A stretch of 50,037 bases of DNA, from assembly GCA_035625535.1 (NCBI GenBank), contig DASPPM010000004.1, positions 1 to 50,037 of the forward strand, in the 5' to 3' direction. This DNA comes from Alphaproteobacteria bacterium. Lineage in GTDB: Bacteria > Pseudomonadota > Alphaproteobacteria > JACZXZ01. Of this stretch, positions 29,115 through 38,791 are shown piece by piece. Made by a program: the position numbers and the translations under genes. Numbering within the stretch: the first letter of the stretch is position 1; every line of letters begins with the position of its first letter. Under the pieces are notes generated by a model. It did not search any database. It worked only from the letters and a program-made list of their open reading frames with translations, and had not been told where the DNA came from.

Positions 29115-30329
29115 ATGACCAAGACGACAATGGGAGCTCTTTCCGGCCTCAAGGTGATCGATCTCACCCGGGTCCTGGGCGGGCCCTATTGCACGCAAAT
29201 CCTGGGCGACCACGGCGCCGACGTGATCAAGCTCGAGCCGCCCGCGGGCGACGAGACGCGCGGCTGGGGCCCGCCATTCAAGGACGATACGGCCTCCTAC
29301 TTCATCGGCGTGAATCGCAACAAGCGCGGCATTGTGCTCGACCTCAATCGTCCCGAAGGGCGCCGGGTTCTCCTCGCCCTCCTCGAGGGCGCGGACGTGC
29401 TGGTCGAGAACTTCAAGACCGGAACCATGGAGAGGTGGGGGCTCGGCTATGCGGCGACGCTCGCGGAGCGCTTTCCCCGGCTCATCCACTGCCGCGTCTC
29501 GGGTTTCGGGGCTGACGGGCCGCTCGGCGGCCGGCCCGGTTACGACGCTGTCATCCAGGCGATGGCGGGCCTCATGAGCATCAACGGCGAAGCGGACCGG
29601 GCGGCGCTTCGGCTCGGCACGCCGATCGTCGATCTCGGCACCGGGCTCTATGCCGCGGTCGGCATCCTCATGGCGCTCGCCGAGCGCGAGCGCTCGGGGC
29701 GCGGGCAGTTCGTCGAGGTGGCGCTTTACGACAGCGCGCTCGCGCTCCTGCACCCGCACGCGGCCAATTTTTTCCTCTCCGGCAAGACGCCACAGCGCAC
29801 GGGCAATGCCCATCCCAACATAGCACCCTACGACGCTTTTGCGACCAGGACCAAGGCGATCTTCCTCGCCGTCGGAAATGACCGCCAGTTCGCGCGCGTC
29901 GCCGCGGCTCTCGGCCGGCCCGAACTCGCGCTCGAGCCGCGCTTCCGCACCAACAAGGAGCGCACCGCCAATCGCGCGGCGTTGCGCGCCGAGCTCGAGG
30001 CGGCACTCGCGAATCTCGACGGCGAGGCGCTCGCCGAGCAGCTCCTCGCCGAAGGCGTGCCCTGCGGGTCGGTGCGCGATGTTCCCGATGCGCTCGGCCA
30101 TCCGCACACGCGGCACCGCGAAATGGTCATCGAGGCCGAGGGCTATCGCGGCACCGGCATGCCGGTCAAGCTCTCGCGCACGCCGGGGTGCCTACGTCGG
30201 CTGCCGCCGGCGCTCGGCGAGGCGAGCCGTAGCGTGCTCGCCGAGGCGGGCTTCAGCGGCGAGGCGATCGAGCGCCTGATCGCGGACGGCGTGGTGCCGC
30301 TGCCCAAGGAGGCGCGCGCGGCCGATTGA
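29115..30329 (+). CDS. family III CoA-transferase (CaiB/BaiF)
   Basis: MTKTTMGALSGLKVIDLTRVLGGPYCTQILGDHGADVIKLEPPAGDETRGWGPPF...NRNKRGIVLDL...VENFKTGTMERWGLGY. Start at ATG 29115 after GAAGGTG. The upstream part of the track ORF is Arg-rich junk. Confidence 0.88.
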   Translation: MTKTTMGALSGLKVIDLTRVLGGPYCTQILGDHGADVIKLEPPAGDETRGWGPPFKDDTASYFIGVNRNKRGIVLDLNRPEGRRVLLALLEGADVLVENFKTGTMERWGLGYAATLAERFPRLIHCRVSGFGADGPLGGRPGYDAVIQAMAGLMSINGEADRAALRLGTPIVDLGTGLYAAVGILMALAERERSGRGQFVEVALYDSALALLHPHAANFFLSGKTPQRTGNAHPNIAPYDAFATRTKAIFLAVGNDRQFARVAAALGRPELALEPRFRTNKERTANRAALRAELEAALANLDGEALAEQLLAEGVPCGSVRDVPDALGHPHTRHREMVIEAEGYRGTGMPVKLSRTPGCLRRLPPALGEASRSVLAEAGFSGEAIERLIADGVVPLPKEARAAD

Positions 30330-30367
30330 GGCGGCGGAGGGAAGGGCGCGCCCGGACGCCACGGGAG

Positions 30368-31663
30368 CTACGCGGCGGAGGGTGCCGTGGCGGGCGTCAA
30401 TTCGCCGCGTCTCCTGCTGCCGACGCCGAGCACCATGAGCGAGGCCAAGAGGCAGAATGCGCCTGCAACTATGAAGGCGAGGAGATAGTCGCCGAGATCG
30501 GTGCGGATGAGACCGGCGCCGAAGGCGGCGGTGGCGGCACCCAACTGGTGGCCGCAGAAGACCCAGCCGAAGATCACGCTTGCGCGCTCGCGCCCGAAGG
30601 CATCGGCCGTGAGCCGCACCGTCGGCGGCACGGTCGCCACCCAGTCGAGGCCGTAGAATATGGCGAAGAGCGAGAGTCCGTAGAACGAGATGTCGAAGGA
30701 AAACGGCAGATAGAGGAGCGAAAGCCCTCGCAGGCCGTAGTACCAGAACAGCAGCATCCGGTTGTTGCAACGGTCGGAGAGCCAACCCGATAGAAGCGTG
30801 CCCACGAAATCGAAGGCGCCGATCACGGCGAGCAGCCCCGCCGCCCTCACCTCCGGAATGCCATGGTCGAAGCAGGCCGGGATGAGGTGCGTGCCGATGA
30901 GCCCGTTGGTGCTGAGGCCGCAGATAAAGAAACTGCCGAAGAGCAGCCAGAAGTCGCGCGAGCGCATCGCGAGGAAGAGCGTGGAGAGCGCCAACCCCGC
31001 CGGGTTTCCCGCGGCCCTTCGCGGCGCCTCCGCCACCCCGGGCTCGCCCAAGCGGTTGACGCCGACATCGTGGGGATGGTTGCGCATGAGAATGGCGATG
31101 ACGGGGAGTATCAGGAGGCCGAGCGCCACGACGGTGAAGGCGGCAATGCGCCAGCCGTGATCCTCGACGAGCTTCGCGAGCGCCGGCAGGAAGATGAGCT
31201 GGCCTGTGGCATTGCTCGCGGTCAAGATACCCATGGCAAACCCGCGGCGATCGGTGAACCAGCGATTGACGACCGTGGCGCCGAGCGCCAATGCCGTCAT
31301 GCCCGTGCCGCTGCCGACCACGAAGCCCCACAAGAGGAGGAGCTGCCAGGGTTGAGTCATCAGCGTCGTGAGCGCGACTCCGGCGGCGACGAGGCCGACC
31401 GCGAAGAGCATGGTACGCCGCGCGCCCAATTGCTCGACGAGAGCCGCCGCGAACGGTCCCATCAGCCCGAAGAGCACCAAGTTGATCGAGACCGCCGACG
31501 CGATCATCGCCCGCGACCAGCCGAATTCCTGCTCAAAGGGGACGATGAATACGCCGGGGGTGGCGCGCGTGGCCGCCGCGATTAGGAGCGTGAGGAAGGT
31601 CACCCCGAGCACGATCCAGCCGTAGTGCACGCGGCCGTGGGCCAATCTGGCGACGAAGGACAT
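30368..31663 (-). CDS. MFS transporter
   Basis: 12-TM-type profile. Starts MSFVARLAHGRVHYGWIVLGVTFLTLLIAAATR..., and contains DRRGFAMG-type loop motifs. Confidence 0.8.
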   Translation of the reverse strand: MSFVARLAHGRVHYGWIVLGVTFLTLLIAAATRATPGVFIVPFEQEFGWSRAMIASAVSINLVLFGLMGPFAAALVEQLGARRTMLFAVGLVAAGVALTTLMTQPWQLLLLWGFVVGSGTGMTALALGATVVNRWFTDRRGFAMGILTASNATGQLIFLPALAKLVEDHGWRIAAFTVVALGLLILPVIAILMRNHPHDVGVNRLGEPGVAEAPRRAAGNPAGLALSTLFLAMRSRDFWLLFGSFFICGLSTNGLIGTHLIPACFDHGIPEVRAAGLLAVIGAFDFVGTLLSGWLSDRCNNRMLLFWYYGLRGLSLLYLPFSFDISFYGLSLFAIFYGLDWVATVPPTVRLTADAFGRERASVIFGWVFCGHQLGAATAAFGAGLIRTDLGDYLLAFIVAGAFCLLASLMVLGVGSRRRGELTPATAPSAA

Positions 31664-31879
31664 GGACCGGACCCCGCTTATGGCCCCTCTGCTCCGTGGA
31701 GGGCCTCTCTGCCGGAAGCCGGCTCGCGCCCGCACGGTGCCGCTTTAGCTGGAAAGCTCCAGCCCTCAAGTCAACGCATGGCGGCTATGCGCGGATGCCG
31801 CGAGCCGCCTCTATCCCATGGCTGCCCCCGGCGCGCAACGACAAATCTCCCGCGATTGCTGCCAAGCCGAGAGCACTGC

Positions 31880-32812
31880 CTAATTTCGCCCCCGGACGGA
31901 CGCTCGTAAGGTGAGCACGACGCCGAGAAGGATGAGGCCGACGCTCACCAGCACCTGAGGCGTCACGGCCTCGCCGAAGAGGAGCGCCGAGAGCAGGAAG
32001 GCGAGGACCGGCACCAGCATGACGGCCTGTCCGGCGGTGGCCGCCGACACCTCCGTCAGCACCTTGGCCCAGCACCAATAGGCAAGCCCGGTGCCGATCA
32101 GCCAATTATAGACGAGAGCGGCGATGAGGACGGCCGTCCAGCGGATCGGCCGGCCGTTCTCGAGCGCGAACGCGATGATGCTCACCGGCACCGCAGCACC
32201 CGAGAGCTGCCAGAGGACCTGGGGCCAGAACTGGCCCTGCCAGCGCCGGCGGCGATAGAGCACGGCACCGAGCGCCCACAGAAGCGCCGAGAGGAGGAGC
32301 ATGGCGTTGCCGAAGAGCACCCGTGCATCGTGCCAATCGACGAGGCGCGGATCGAAGAAGATAACGAGGCCGAGTAAGCCGACGAGGCCGCCCCAGAGCT
32401 TGCGTGGGCCCGGCCGCTCGCGCGCGAGCCAGACGCCGAAGACGATGGCCCAAAGCGGCATGGTATAGACGAGCACCGAGGCACGCCCCGGCAGCACGAA
32501 CTGCAGACCGAGCATGTTGAGGGAGAAGAGGCAGCCGATCTGGAGGAACCCGGTCCAGGCGAGCGGCCAGGCCTCGCCCGTGGCAGGGTGGAGGCGCTCG
32601 CCCTTGAGCGCAAGCACGAGCCCGATCGTCGCGGCCGCACCCACCAGTCGCAAGGCGGCAAACGAAAAAGGGCCGATGTCCGGCACGACCAGCTTCATGA
32701 CGAGCCAATTGAAGGCCCAGCACAGCACGACGAAGCCGAGATAGCCGAATGTGGCGAGGCGCGGCCGCAAGGGCGCTGGGGTCGTCGCTCGGCGGCTCGG
32801 GCGGTCGTCCAT
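31880..32812 (-). CDS. EamA/DMT-family transporter
   Basis: Ten-TM-like hydrophobic profile with two EamA-type halves (...VVLCWAFNWLVMK... / ...LLSALLWALGAVLYRR...). Start at 32812 or 32827. Confidence 0.75.
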   Translation of the reverse strand: MDDRPSRRATTPAPLRPRLATFGYLGFVVLCWAFNWLVMKLVVPDIGPFSFAALRLVGAAATIGLVLALKGERLHPATGEAWPLAWTGFLQIGCLFSLNMLGLQFVLPGRASVLVYTMPLWAIVFGVWLARERPGPRKLWGGLVGLLGLVIFFDPRLVDWHDARVLFGNAMLLLSALLWALGAVLYRRRRWQGQFWPQVLWQLSGAAVPVSIIAFALENGRPIRWTAVLIAALVYNWLIGTGLAYWCWAKVLTEVSAATAGQAVMLVPVLAFLLSALLFGEAVTPQVLVSVGLILLGVVLTLRASVRGRN

Positions 32813-33101
32813 GGCGCCGCCGAGCATAGCCGATCATCCGCAAGCGGCAGCACTTATCTCAAGAGCGGAAAAGTGGCCGCGGGGTCTGCGCGGGCCTCCC
32901 ATCGTGCCGTCCGAAGCAGCAACGCCTTAGGGCTGGGGCGGGGAGCATCGGCGGCGCTCGGCCGGCCCATGGCGCCCGCTTTGGCACGACGTACGGCCCC
33001 CTAGCGGCGGTCAAGGAGGAGGCAACGCGCTGCCTCGGCGACCATGAGCGCGCACGGCGCGGGTCTTTGCTGCTATAGCCGGCAGCGCCTCGCGGACGGC
33101 A

Positions 33102-35210
33102 TCATTCGTTCTGTCCGTACTTGTCGATGTCTTCGGGCACCGCCTCGGTCGTGACGACCTTCTCCTTGCCTTGCACCATCTCGCGGATTTCTTCGACGAC
33201 GGTCGGGTTCGCCAGCGTCGTCACATCGCCCACGTCGCGCCGATTGGAGATGGAGGCGAGCACCCGGCGCATGATCTTGCCTGACCGGGTCTTGGGCATA
33301 TCGTGCACGACGTAGACGTGCTTCGGTCGCGCGAAGCGGCCGATGATCTCCTCGTTGGCCTTGATGATGCGGTCGACGACATCGGGCGTAGTTTCGTGGC
33401 CCGGCTTGAGGGAGACGTAAATCTCGGGCATGCGCCCCTTGACTTCGTCCACGACCGGCACGACCGCGGCTTCGGCGACTTCGGGCACCGTCAAACACGC
33501 GGATTCAAGCTCCTTCGTGCCAAGGCGATGGCCTGCTACATTGATGACGTCGTCGATGCGGCCCAAGATGCGGAAATAGCCATCCGCCGCTAGCAACGCG
33601 CCGTCGCCCGCCAGATAGGGCCAATCGCGCCAGTCCTTGCTCTTCCGATTCTTGCAGTAGCGCGTGTAATACTGAGCAACGAAGCGCTCGGATTCGCCCC
33701 AGATCGTCTGCATGATCCCGGGCCACGGATTACGGATGCAGATGTTGCCCGCCCGGCCGGAGCCCGCGGGAACCTCTTCGCCGTTTTCGTCGTAGATGAT
33801 CGGATAGATGCCCGGCACACCGGGTCCGGCGCTGCCGGGTTTCATCGGATCAATGGCGGGCACCGTGCTGCAGAGGAATCCGCCGTTCTCGGTCTGCCAC
33901 CACGTGTCGACGATGACGGCCTCGCCTTTGCCGACCTCGTGGTAGTACCAGCGCCAAGCTTCCGGCTCTATGGGCTCGCCCACGGTCGTCATGTGCTTGA
34001 AGTGGTATTTGTACTTTCTCGGCTCCTCGGCTCCCGCTTTCCGCAGTGCGCGAATGGCGGTCGGCGAGGTGTGGAAGATATTGACGCCCAGCCGCTCGGC
34101 GATTCTCCACGGACGCCCCGCATCGGGATGCGTGGGAACGCCTTCGAACACGACGCTCGTCGCCGCGATGGCGAGCGGACCGTAGACGATATACGAATGC
34201 CCGGTGATCCAGCCGATGTCCGCCATGCACCAGTAAGTGTCGGTCGGATGAATGTCTTGGATGTATTTGGAGGTGCCGGCGACGTAGGCGAGGTAGCCGC
34301 CGGTGCGGTGCTGGCATCCCTTCGGCTTGCCCGTGCTGCCGCTGGTGTACATCAGGAACAGCGGCGCCTCAGCGTCCATCGGCACGGGGTCGACGCGCGC
34401 GCCTCGGTACTTCTTCAGGACCTCGTTGACGAAGAAATCGCGCCCCTTGACCATCGGCGTCGGCGAACTGTACTTGCCGGGGTAACGCTGCCAGACGAGG
34501 ACCTTGTCGACGTGCTGTCCCATCTCCTGCGCGGTTTCCACCGCGACGTCCGCATTCGCTTTGTGATCGATGAGCTTGCCCGCGCGCCAGTACGCGTCCA
34601 TTGAGATGAGCATGTGGCTGCCCGAGTCCTGGATGCGCGTGGCGCACGCCTGGCCGGAGAACCCGCCGAACACCTGCGAGTGAATGACGCCCAGTCGCGC
34701 ACAGGCGAGCATCGTGATGGGCAGCTCAAGCGTCATGGGCAGATGGAGGGTCACGCGGTCGCCCGCTTTGAGTCCGCAAAAGTCGCGGAGCAGCGCCGCC
34801 ATCTCATTGACCTGGACATAGAGCTCCTGATAGGTCAGTGCGACCGGCGGCTCATCTTCGGGTTCGCCGACGAAGACGAGCGCCGCCTTGTTGCGATACT
34901 GCGCGAGGTGGCGATCCACGCAGTTGTAGCTCGCATTGATTTTGCCGCCGACAAACCATTTCCAGAAGGGCGGATTGCCCGTGTCGAGGACCGTGTGATA
35001 CGGCTCGAACCAGGTCAACATGTCCGCGTATTCCTTGAAGCAGTCGGGGAAATTCTTCGGACCGAACCGCTCGCGAACATCCCGGTCCTTCATGTTCGCC
35101 TGCTCGACGAATTTCTTCGGCGGCCGGAGGTACTCCTCCTCCTTCCAATGCACCGCGATCTGCGCTTCGCTGACCTCGGTGTGCTCCTTCGCCGGCGTTT
35201 TGCCTGCCAT
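33102..35210 (-). CDS. acs: acetate--CoA ligase (AMP-forming acetyl-CoA synthetase)
   Basis: Start MAGKT is preceded by GGGAGGG. Acs N-domain ...PPFWKWFVGGKINASYNCVDRHL..., YTSGSTGKPKG, DTWWQTENGG, and the C-terminal PKTRSGKIMRR. Confidence 0.85.
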   Translation of the reverse strand: MAGKTPAKEHTEVSEAQIAVHWKEEEYLRPPKKFVEQANMKDRDVRERFGPKNFPDCFKEYADMLTWFEPYHTVLDTGNPPFWKWFVGGKINASYNCVDRHLAQYRNKAALVFVGEPEDEPPVALTYQELYVQVNEMAALLRDFCGLKAGDRVTLHLPMTLELPITMLACARLGVIHSQVFGGFSGQACATRIQDSGSHMLISMDAYWRAGKLIDHKANADVAVETAQEMGQHVDKVLVWQRYPGKYSSPTPMVKGRDFFVNEVLKKYRGARVDPVPMDAEAPLFLMYTSGSTGKPKGCQHRTGGYLAYVAGTSKYIQDIHPTDTYWCMADIGWITGHSYIVYGPLAIAATSVVFEGVPTHPDAGRPWRIAERLGVNIFHTSPTAIRALRKAGAEEPRKYKYHFKHMTTVGEPIEPEAWRWYYHEVGKGEAVIVDTWWQTENGGFLCSTVPAIDPMKPGSAGPGVPGIYPIIYDENGEEVPAGSGRAGNICIRNPWPGIMQTIWGESERFVAQYYTRYCKNRKSKDWRDWPYLAGDGALLAADGYFRILGRIDDVINVAGHRLGTKELESACLTVPEVAEAAVVPVVDEVKGRMPEIYVSLKPGHETTPDVVDRIIKANEEIIGRFARPKHVYVVHDMPKTRSGKIMRRVLASISNRRDVGDVTTLANPTVVEEIREMVQGKEKVVTTEAVPEDIDKYGQNE

Positions 35211-35555
35211 AGAAAATCCCTCCCTGCGTAAGCAACGTCTTTCGAGCGCGTGGGTGAGGTGCGCCGATCGGGGTTTCCCGTTACAAACTCTCGCGAATCT
35301 TAACACGACTCCTAACACGAGTCGCCAAAGCGAGGGAAGCCGCCGCTGGACCCGGTGAGCACCGCGACAGTCGGAAGTAGCGAGCATAGCCCGATCCGCC
35401 GCAGGCTGTCGGGCCAAACTCGCGGCAAAGAGAGGCCCGGGGATCGCCCGGGCCCCACTTGCCATTCTGCCGACGATCGTGCTCGGCGTTATGCCGCTTT
35501 CAACGGGTCGGCAAGGTGCGGGGCCGAGAGGCCCCGCGCCTAAGCTGCCTTGCTA

Positions 35556-36878
35556 CTATGTCGCTTTGGCCTCTGTCGGCTCCCAGATTTTCATCTTGCG
35601 CGTCTCCGGCATCAAGAACAGGCTGAGCACCAAACATACAGCCGGAACAGCGATCGGGTAGATCAGAGCGTAGCCGAGGCTGCCCGTCGCTTGATACGCG
35701 GCCGTGGTGATGAACGGCACCAACCCGCCGCCCCAGCCATTGCCGATGTGATACGGGACGGACACTGATGTATAGCGGATCCTGCCGGGGAAATACTCAG
35801 CGAGGAATGCGCCGATCGGCCCGTAGACCATCCCAACATAGGAGACGAGAATGGCGACGACGATGATCGCAATCGGATAGTTGACATTGCCCGGATGCGT
35901 GGCCGATCCGAGCCACAGATACAGCGGATAGTAAGTGACCGCCGCAAGCAGGAAGCCACCCAATATCACCGCCTTGCGGCCGATGTGGTCGGACAGCCAG
36001 CCGAAGAGGATGAGTGTCGGGGTCCCAATGATCAGCCCGGCTCCCACGATATAGGCGGTGGTCAGCGCGTCCAGCTTGGAAACCTGCTGCAGGAAGTACA
36101 GCGCCCAGAACTGCCCGCTGTACCACACCACGCCCTCCCCGAGCACAACAATGGTCGCGATCACCACGAACTTGATATTGGCGCTGAGGAAGGCCTCCTT
36201 CCATGGGTTCTTGGTCATCTGCCCCTTGGCCTTGATCTCATCGAAGATCGGCGACTCCTGAAAGTTGACCCGGATGTAGAAGGCGATGAACACCAGCACG
36301 AAGGAGAACAAGAACGGGATGCGCCACGCCCAGGCATTGAACGCGGGCTCGCCGAAATAGGTGCGTGTAGCGATGATTACGAGGAGTGACAGCACGATCC
36401 CGAGAGTAGGCGAGGTCTGCAGCCAGCCGGTATAGTAGCCGCGGCGTTCGTCCGAGACGTGCTCCGCGACGTAAGTGATGGCGCCGCCGTATTGGCCGCC
36501 CAGGCAAAGGCCCTGGATCATTCGCAGACAGAAAAGAATGACCGCGGCACTCAACCCGATCGATTCGATGGTCGGGACCAATCCGATCGCTCCGGTGCCC
36601 AGAGCCATGCCGCTCAGCGTAAGGAGGAACGTATATTTGCGGCCGATGCGGTCTCCCATCCAGCCGAACAGGAATGCCCCCAACGGACGGATCAGGAAGC
36701 CGGCGGTGAACAGCGCGACCGTGCTGAGCAGCGCCGCGACGGGATGGCTCTTTTCGAAGAATTTGACCGACAAGATCGCGGCCAAGCTCCCGAAAATATA
36801 GAAGTCATACCACTCGATGACGTTTCCCCCCGCCGCGGCGGTGATCACGCGACGGAAGTTCTGCGGAATTTGAGCCAT
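35556..36878 (-). CDS. MFS transporter, metabolite:H+ symporter (MHS; ProP/KgtP-like) family
   Basis: MAQIPQNFRRVITAAAGGNVIEWYDFYIFGSLAAIL...GWMGDRIGRKYTFLLTL... shows the characteristic MHS N-terminus (EWYDF, GDRxGRK). An AGGAGG RBS precedes the start. Confidence 0.85.
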   Translation of the reverse strand: MAQIPQNFRRVITAAAGGNVIEWYDFYIFGSLAAILSVKFFEKSHPVAALLSTVALFTAGFLIRPLGAFLFGWMGDRIGRKYTFLLTLSGMALGTGAIGLVPTIESIGLSAAVILFCLRMIQGLCLGGQYGGAITYVAEHVSDERRGYYTGWLQTSPTLGIVLSLLVIIATRTYFGEPAFNAWAWRIPFLFSFVLVFIAFYIRVNFQESPIFDEIKAKGQMTKNPWKEAFLSANIKFVVIATIVVLGEGVVWYSGQFWALYFLQQVSKLDALTTAYIVGAGLIIGTPTLILFGWLSDHIGRKAVILGGFLLAAVTYYPLYLWLGSATHPGNVNYPIAIIVVAILVSYVGMVYGPIGAFLAEYFPGRIRYTSVSVPYHIGNGWGGGLVPFITTAAYQATGSLGYALIYPIAVPAVCLVLSLFLMPETRKMKIWEPTEAKAT

Positions 36879-36993
36879 GTTGCCCTCCTGCTAGGGTGTG
36901 CCGCCTTGCCGCTCACCGCGCCCGGTCTTGGCGCCGGATGGTGATCGATGAGAACTCGCATTGCGACCCCAATACCACCTTATAGGATAGGAC

Positions 36994-37085
36994 TTTCGTA
37001 GGGTGTGTACGACATAGGAATTTCGCAGGGGGTATACGACTTTCGTAGGGGGGTAGGTGTAGCCTTTCGCGACGTTCGTAAGGGG
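36994..37085 (+). promoter_or_regulatory. array of TTTCG(T/C)AGGG(T/G)G direct repeats with embedded TCGTA/TACGA inverted repeats; candidate response-regulator (CrbR) operator
   Basis: Copies: 36994 TTTCGTAGGGTGTGTACGAC, 37021 TTTCGCAGGGGGTATACGAC (17 of 20 identical), 37041 TTTCGTAGGGGG, and degenerate copies at 37065 and 37074 (GTTCGTAAGGGG). They lie in the divergent MFS/usp intergenic region. Confidence 0.55.
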
Positions 37086-37164
37086 CGGCCTCTGCGCGCC
37101 GATCGCTTGCGCCAGGCAATCGGGCTTTCTATGGCAAATCGGCGCTGCGATTGAAACATTCGGT

Positions 37165-37178
37165 TTGAGCTAAATCAA
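37165..37178. promoter_or_regulatory. FNR/FixK-type box TTGAG-CTAA-ATCAA
   Basis: Matches TTGA-N6-TCAA, centred about 80 nt upstream of the usp ATG. Confidence 0.45.
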
Positions 37179-37250
37179 TGCTCGGGCACGAGGATGAGTT
37201 CAGATTTGAATTTGAGACTTTGATCTGGTACTCGACAAGAGGTCAAACCC

Positions 37251-37688
37251 ATGTACAAGCATATTCTCATCCCCACCGACGGCTCCGAATTATCGAACAA
37301 GGCGGTCCGCTATGGCATCGCGCTTGCGAAGGCAGTGAACGCAAAGGTAACGGGAATCACCGTCACGGCCCCGTATCACCTCATTGCCATGAATCCGGAG
37401 ATAATCACCGACACGGCAGACACCTACGAGAAGCACACGGCCGCAGCAACGGCGAAATACCTGGCACAGGTAAAGGATTCCGCAGCGGCAGCAGGCGTTA
37501 GCTGCACTGTGATGCATCTCAAGCACGAGCATCCGTACCAGGCCATCATCGATGCGGCGAACAAGAGCGGCTGTGACTTGATCGCAATGGCCTCTCATGG
37601 CCGGCGCGGCGTCTCAGCCGTCGTGCTTGGCAGCGAGACCGTGAAGGTGCTGACGCACAGCAATGTCCCAGTTTTAGTCTATCGATAG
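37251..37688 (+). CDS. universal stress protein (UspA family)
   Basis: MYKHILIPTDGSELSNKAV...CDLIAMASHGRRGVSAVVLGSETVKVLTHSNVPVLVYR shows the classic Usp N- and C-terminal motifs. Confidence 0.9.
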   Translation: MYKHILIPTDGSELSNKAVRYGIALAKAVNAKVTGITVTAPYHLIAMNPEIITDTADTYEKHTAAATAKYLAQVKDSAAAAGVSCTVMHLKHEHPYQAIIDAANKSGCDLIAMASHGRRGVSAVVLGSETVKVLTHSNVPVLVYR

Positions 37689-38090
37689 CGCGCACGATAG
37701 GGGCAAGGCGAAACCATGACTTGCTAACGAAATGCCCGCAGGGATGGCTGGCGTCAGGCTTGGTCGCGGTTAGGCCGGGGGTCCGCTTCTCTCTCCTCCC
37801 GCGCCAGGCTCAAGGCGGGCGTGGGGCGTTCCCCAGCGTCCGCCAGCACGCGGAGCCTCATCATGCGTTATTTGACGGGTTTGAGGTCGCCCTCAACCGC
37901 TTACCCCGTTGAGAAATAATAATAAATTTCGATTAAGGCGCGCGAGCCGCTGCCGCCGCACCGATTATCAGTGCCTGAGCCTCGTCGTTGCAGAGCGCGA
38001 AGCGCCCACGCCCGATGCTAGGCGAAAGCCGGTTGCGCCCTTATCATGGCTCGCCGCGTGCGACTTCGTCTCCAAGGGGAGCGCCAGCCG

Positions 38091-38786
38091 ATGGCGGCCT
38101 GCCGCCTCGTCATCGCCGACGACCACCCGCTGTTCCGCGACGCCCTGCGCCTCACGATTGCTCGGCTCTTGCCCGGAGCCGAGATTGCGGAGGCCGATTC
38201 CTTCGATAGCCTGCGCGCTCAGCTCGAGGCTTCGCCCGATACGGATCTCGTGCTGCTCGATCTCAACATGCCGGGCATCTCGGGTTTCTCGGGCTTGCTC
38301 TTCTTGCGCGCGCAGTTCCCGGCGGTGCCCGTCGCCATCATCTCGGCCAATGATTCGCCCCGGGTGGTTCGCCGGGCGCTCGAGCTGGGAGCTGCCGGCT
38401 ACATACCGAAGTCGGCGACCGCCGCCGATATCGGCACGGCACTCATGGCGCTTCTCGCCGGCGAGAGCTGGCTGCCGCCAGCGCTTGGCGCGCGGGGACG
38501 CGCCGCTGAGGCCGATGCCGAGCTTGCCTCCCGCCTCGCCAGCCTGACCCCCCAGCAGGTTCGCGTCCTGATGATGCTCAGCGAAGGCTTGCTCAACAAG
38601 CAAATCGCCCACGCGATCGGCGTGTCCGAGGCGACGGTCAAGGCCCATGTCTCCGCCATCCTCCAGAAGCTCAAGGTCGACAACCGCACCCAGGCCGTCA
38701 TCCTGGCCAGGCGCCTTGCCGAGGACGCGGGACCCGCCGTCGCGGAGCTGCCGCCTGTTGCTGCGAACCGCGGCGGCGTCGGCTGA
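38091..38786 (+). CDS. crbR: LuxR/FixJ-family response regulator (REC + HTH), CrbR-like
   Basis: REC: RLVIADDHPLFRDAL...LVLLDLNMPG...YIPKS. HTH_LuxR: LTPQQVRVLMMLSEGLLNKQIAHAIGVSEATVKAHVSAILQKLKVDNRTQA. Start at ATG 38091 after AAGGGGAG. Convergent with the SLC5-type hybrid kinase, next to acs. Confidence 0.8.
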   Translation: MAACRLVIADDHPLFRDALRLTIARLLPGAEIAEADSFDSLRAQLEASPDTDLVLLDLNMPGISGFSGLLFLRAQFPAVPVAIISANDSPRVVRRALELGAAGYIPKSATAADIGTALMALLAGESWLPPALGARGRAAEADAELASRLASLTPQQVRVLMMLSEGLLNKQIAHAIGVSEATVKAHVSAILQKLKVDNRTQAVILARRLAEDAGPAVAELPPVAANRGGVG

Positions 38787-38791
38787 GGCGC

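Noticed and set aside
35518-35537. Hairpin GCGGGGCC-gaga-GGCCCCGC just downstream of the MHS transporter stop, plus a second one (GGCCCGGG...CCCGGGCC) further into the 345-bp spacer before acs
   Set aside because: Both are GC-rich stems with no U tract. They could be intercistronic stabilisers or weak terminators, but I cannot support a terminator call from sequence alone.
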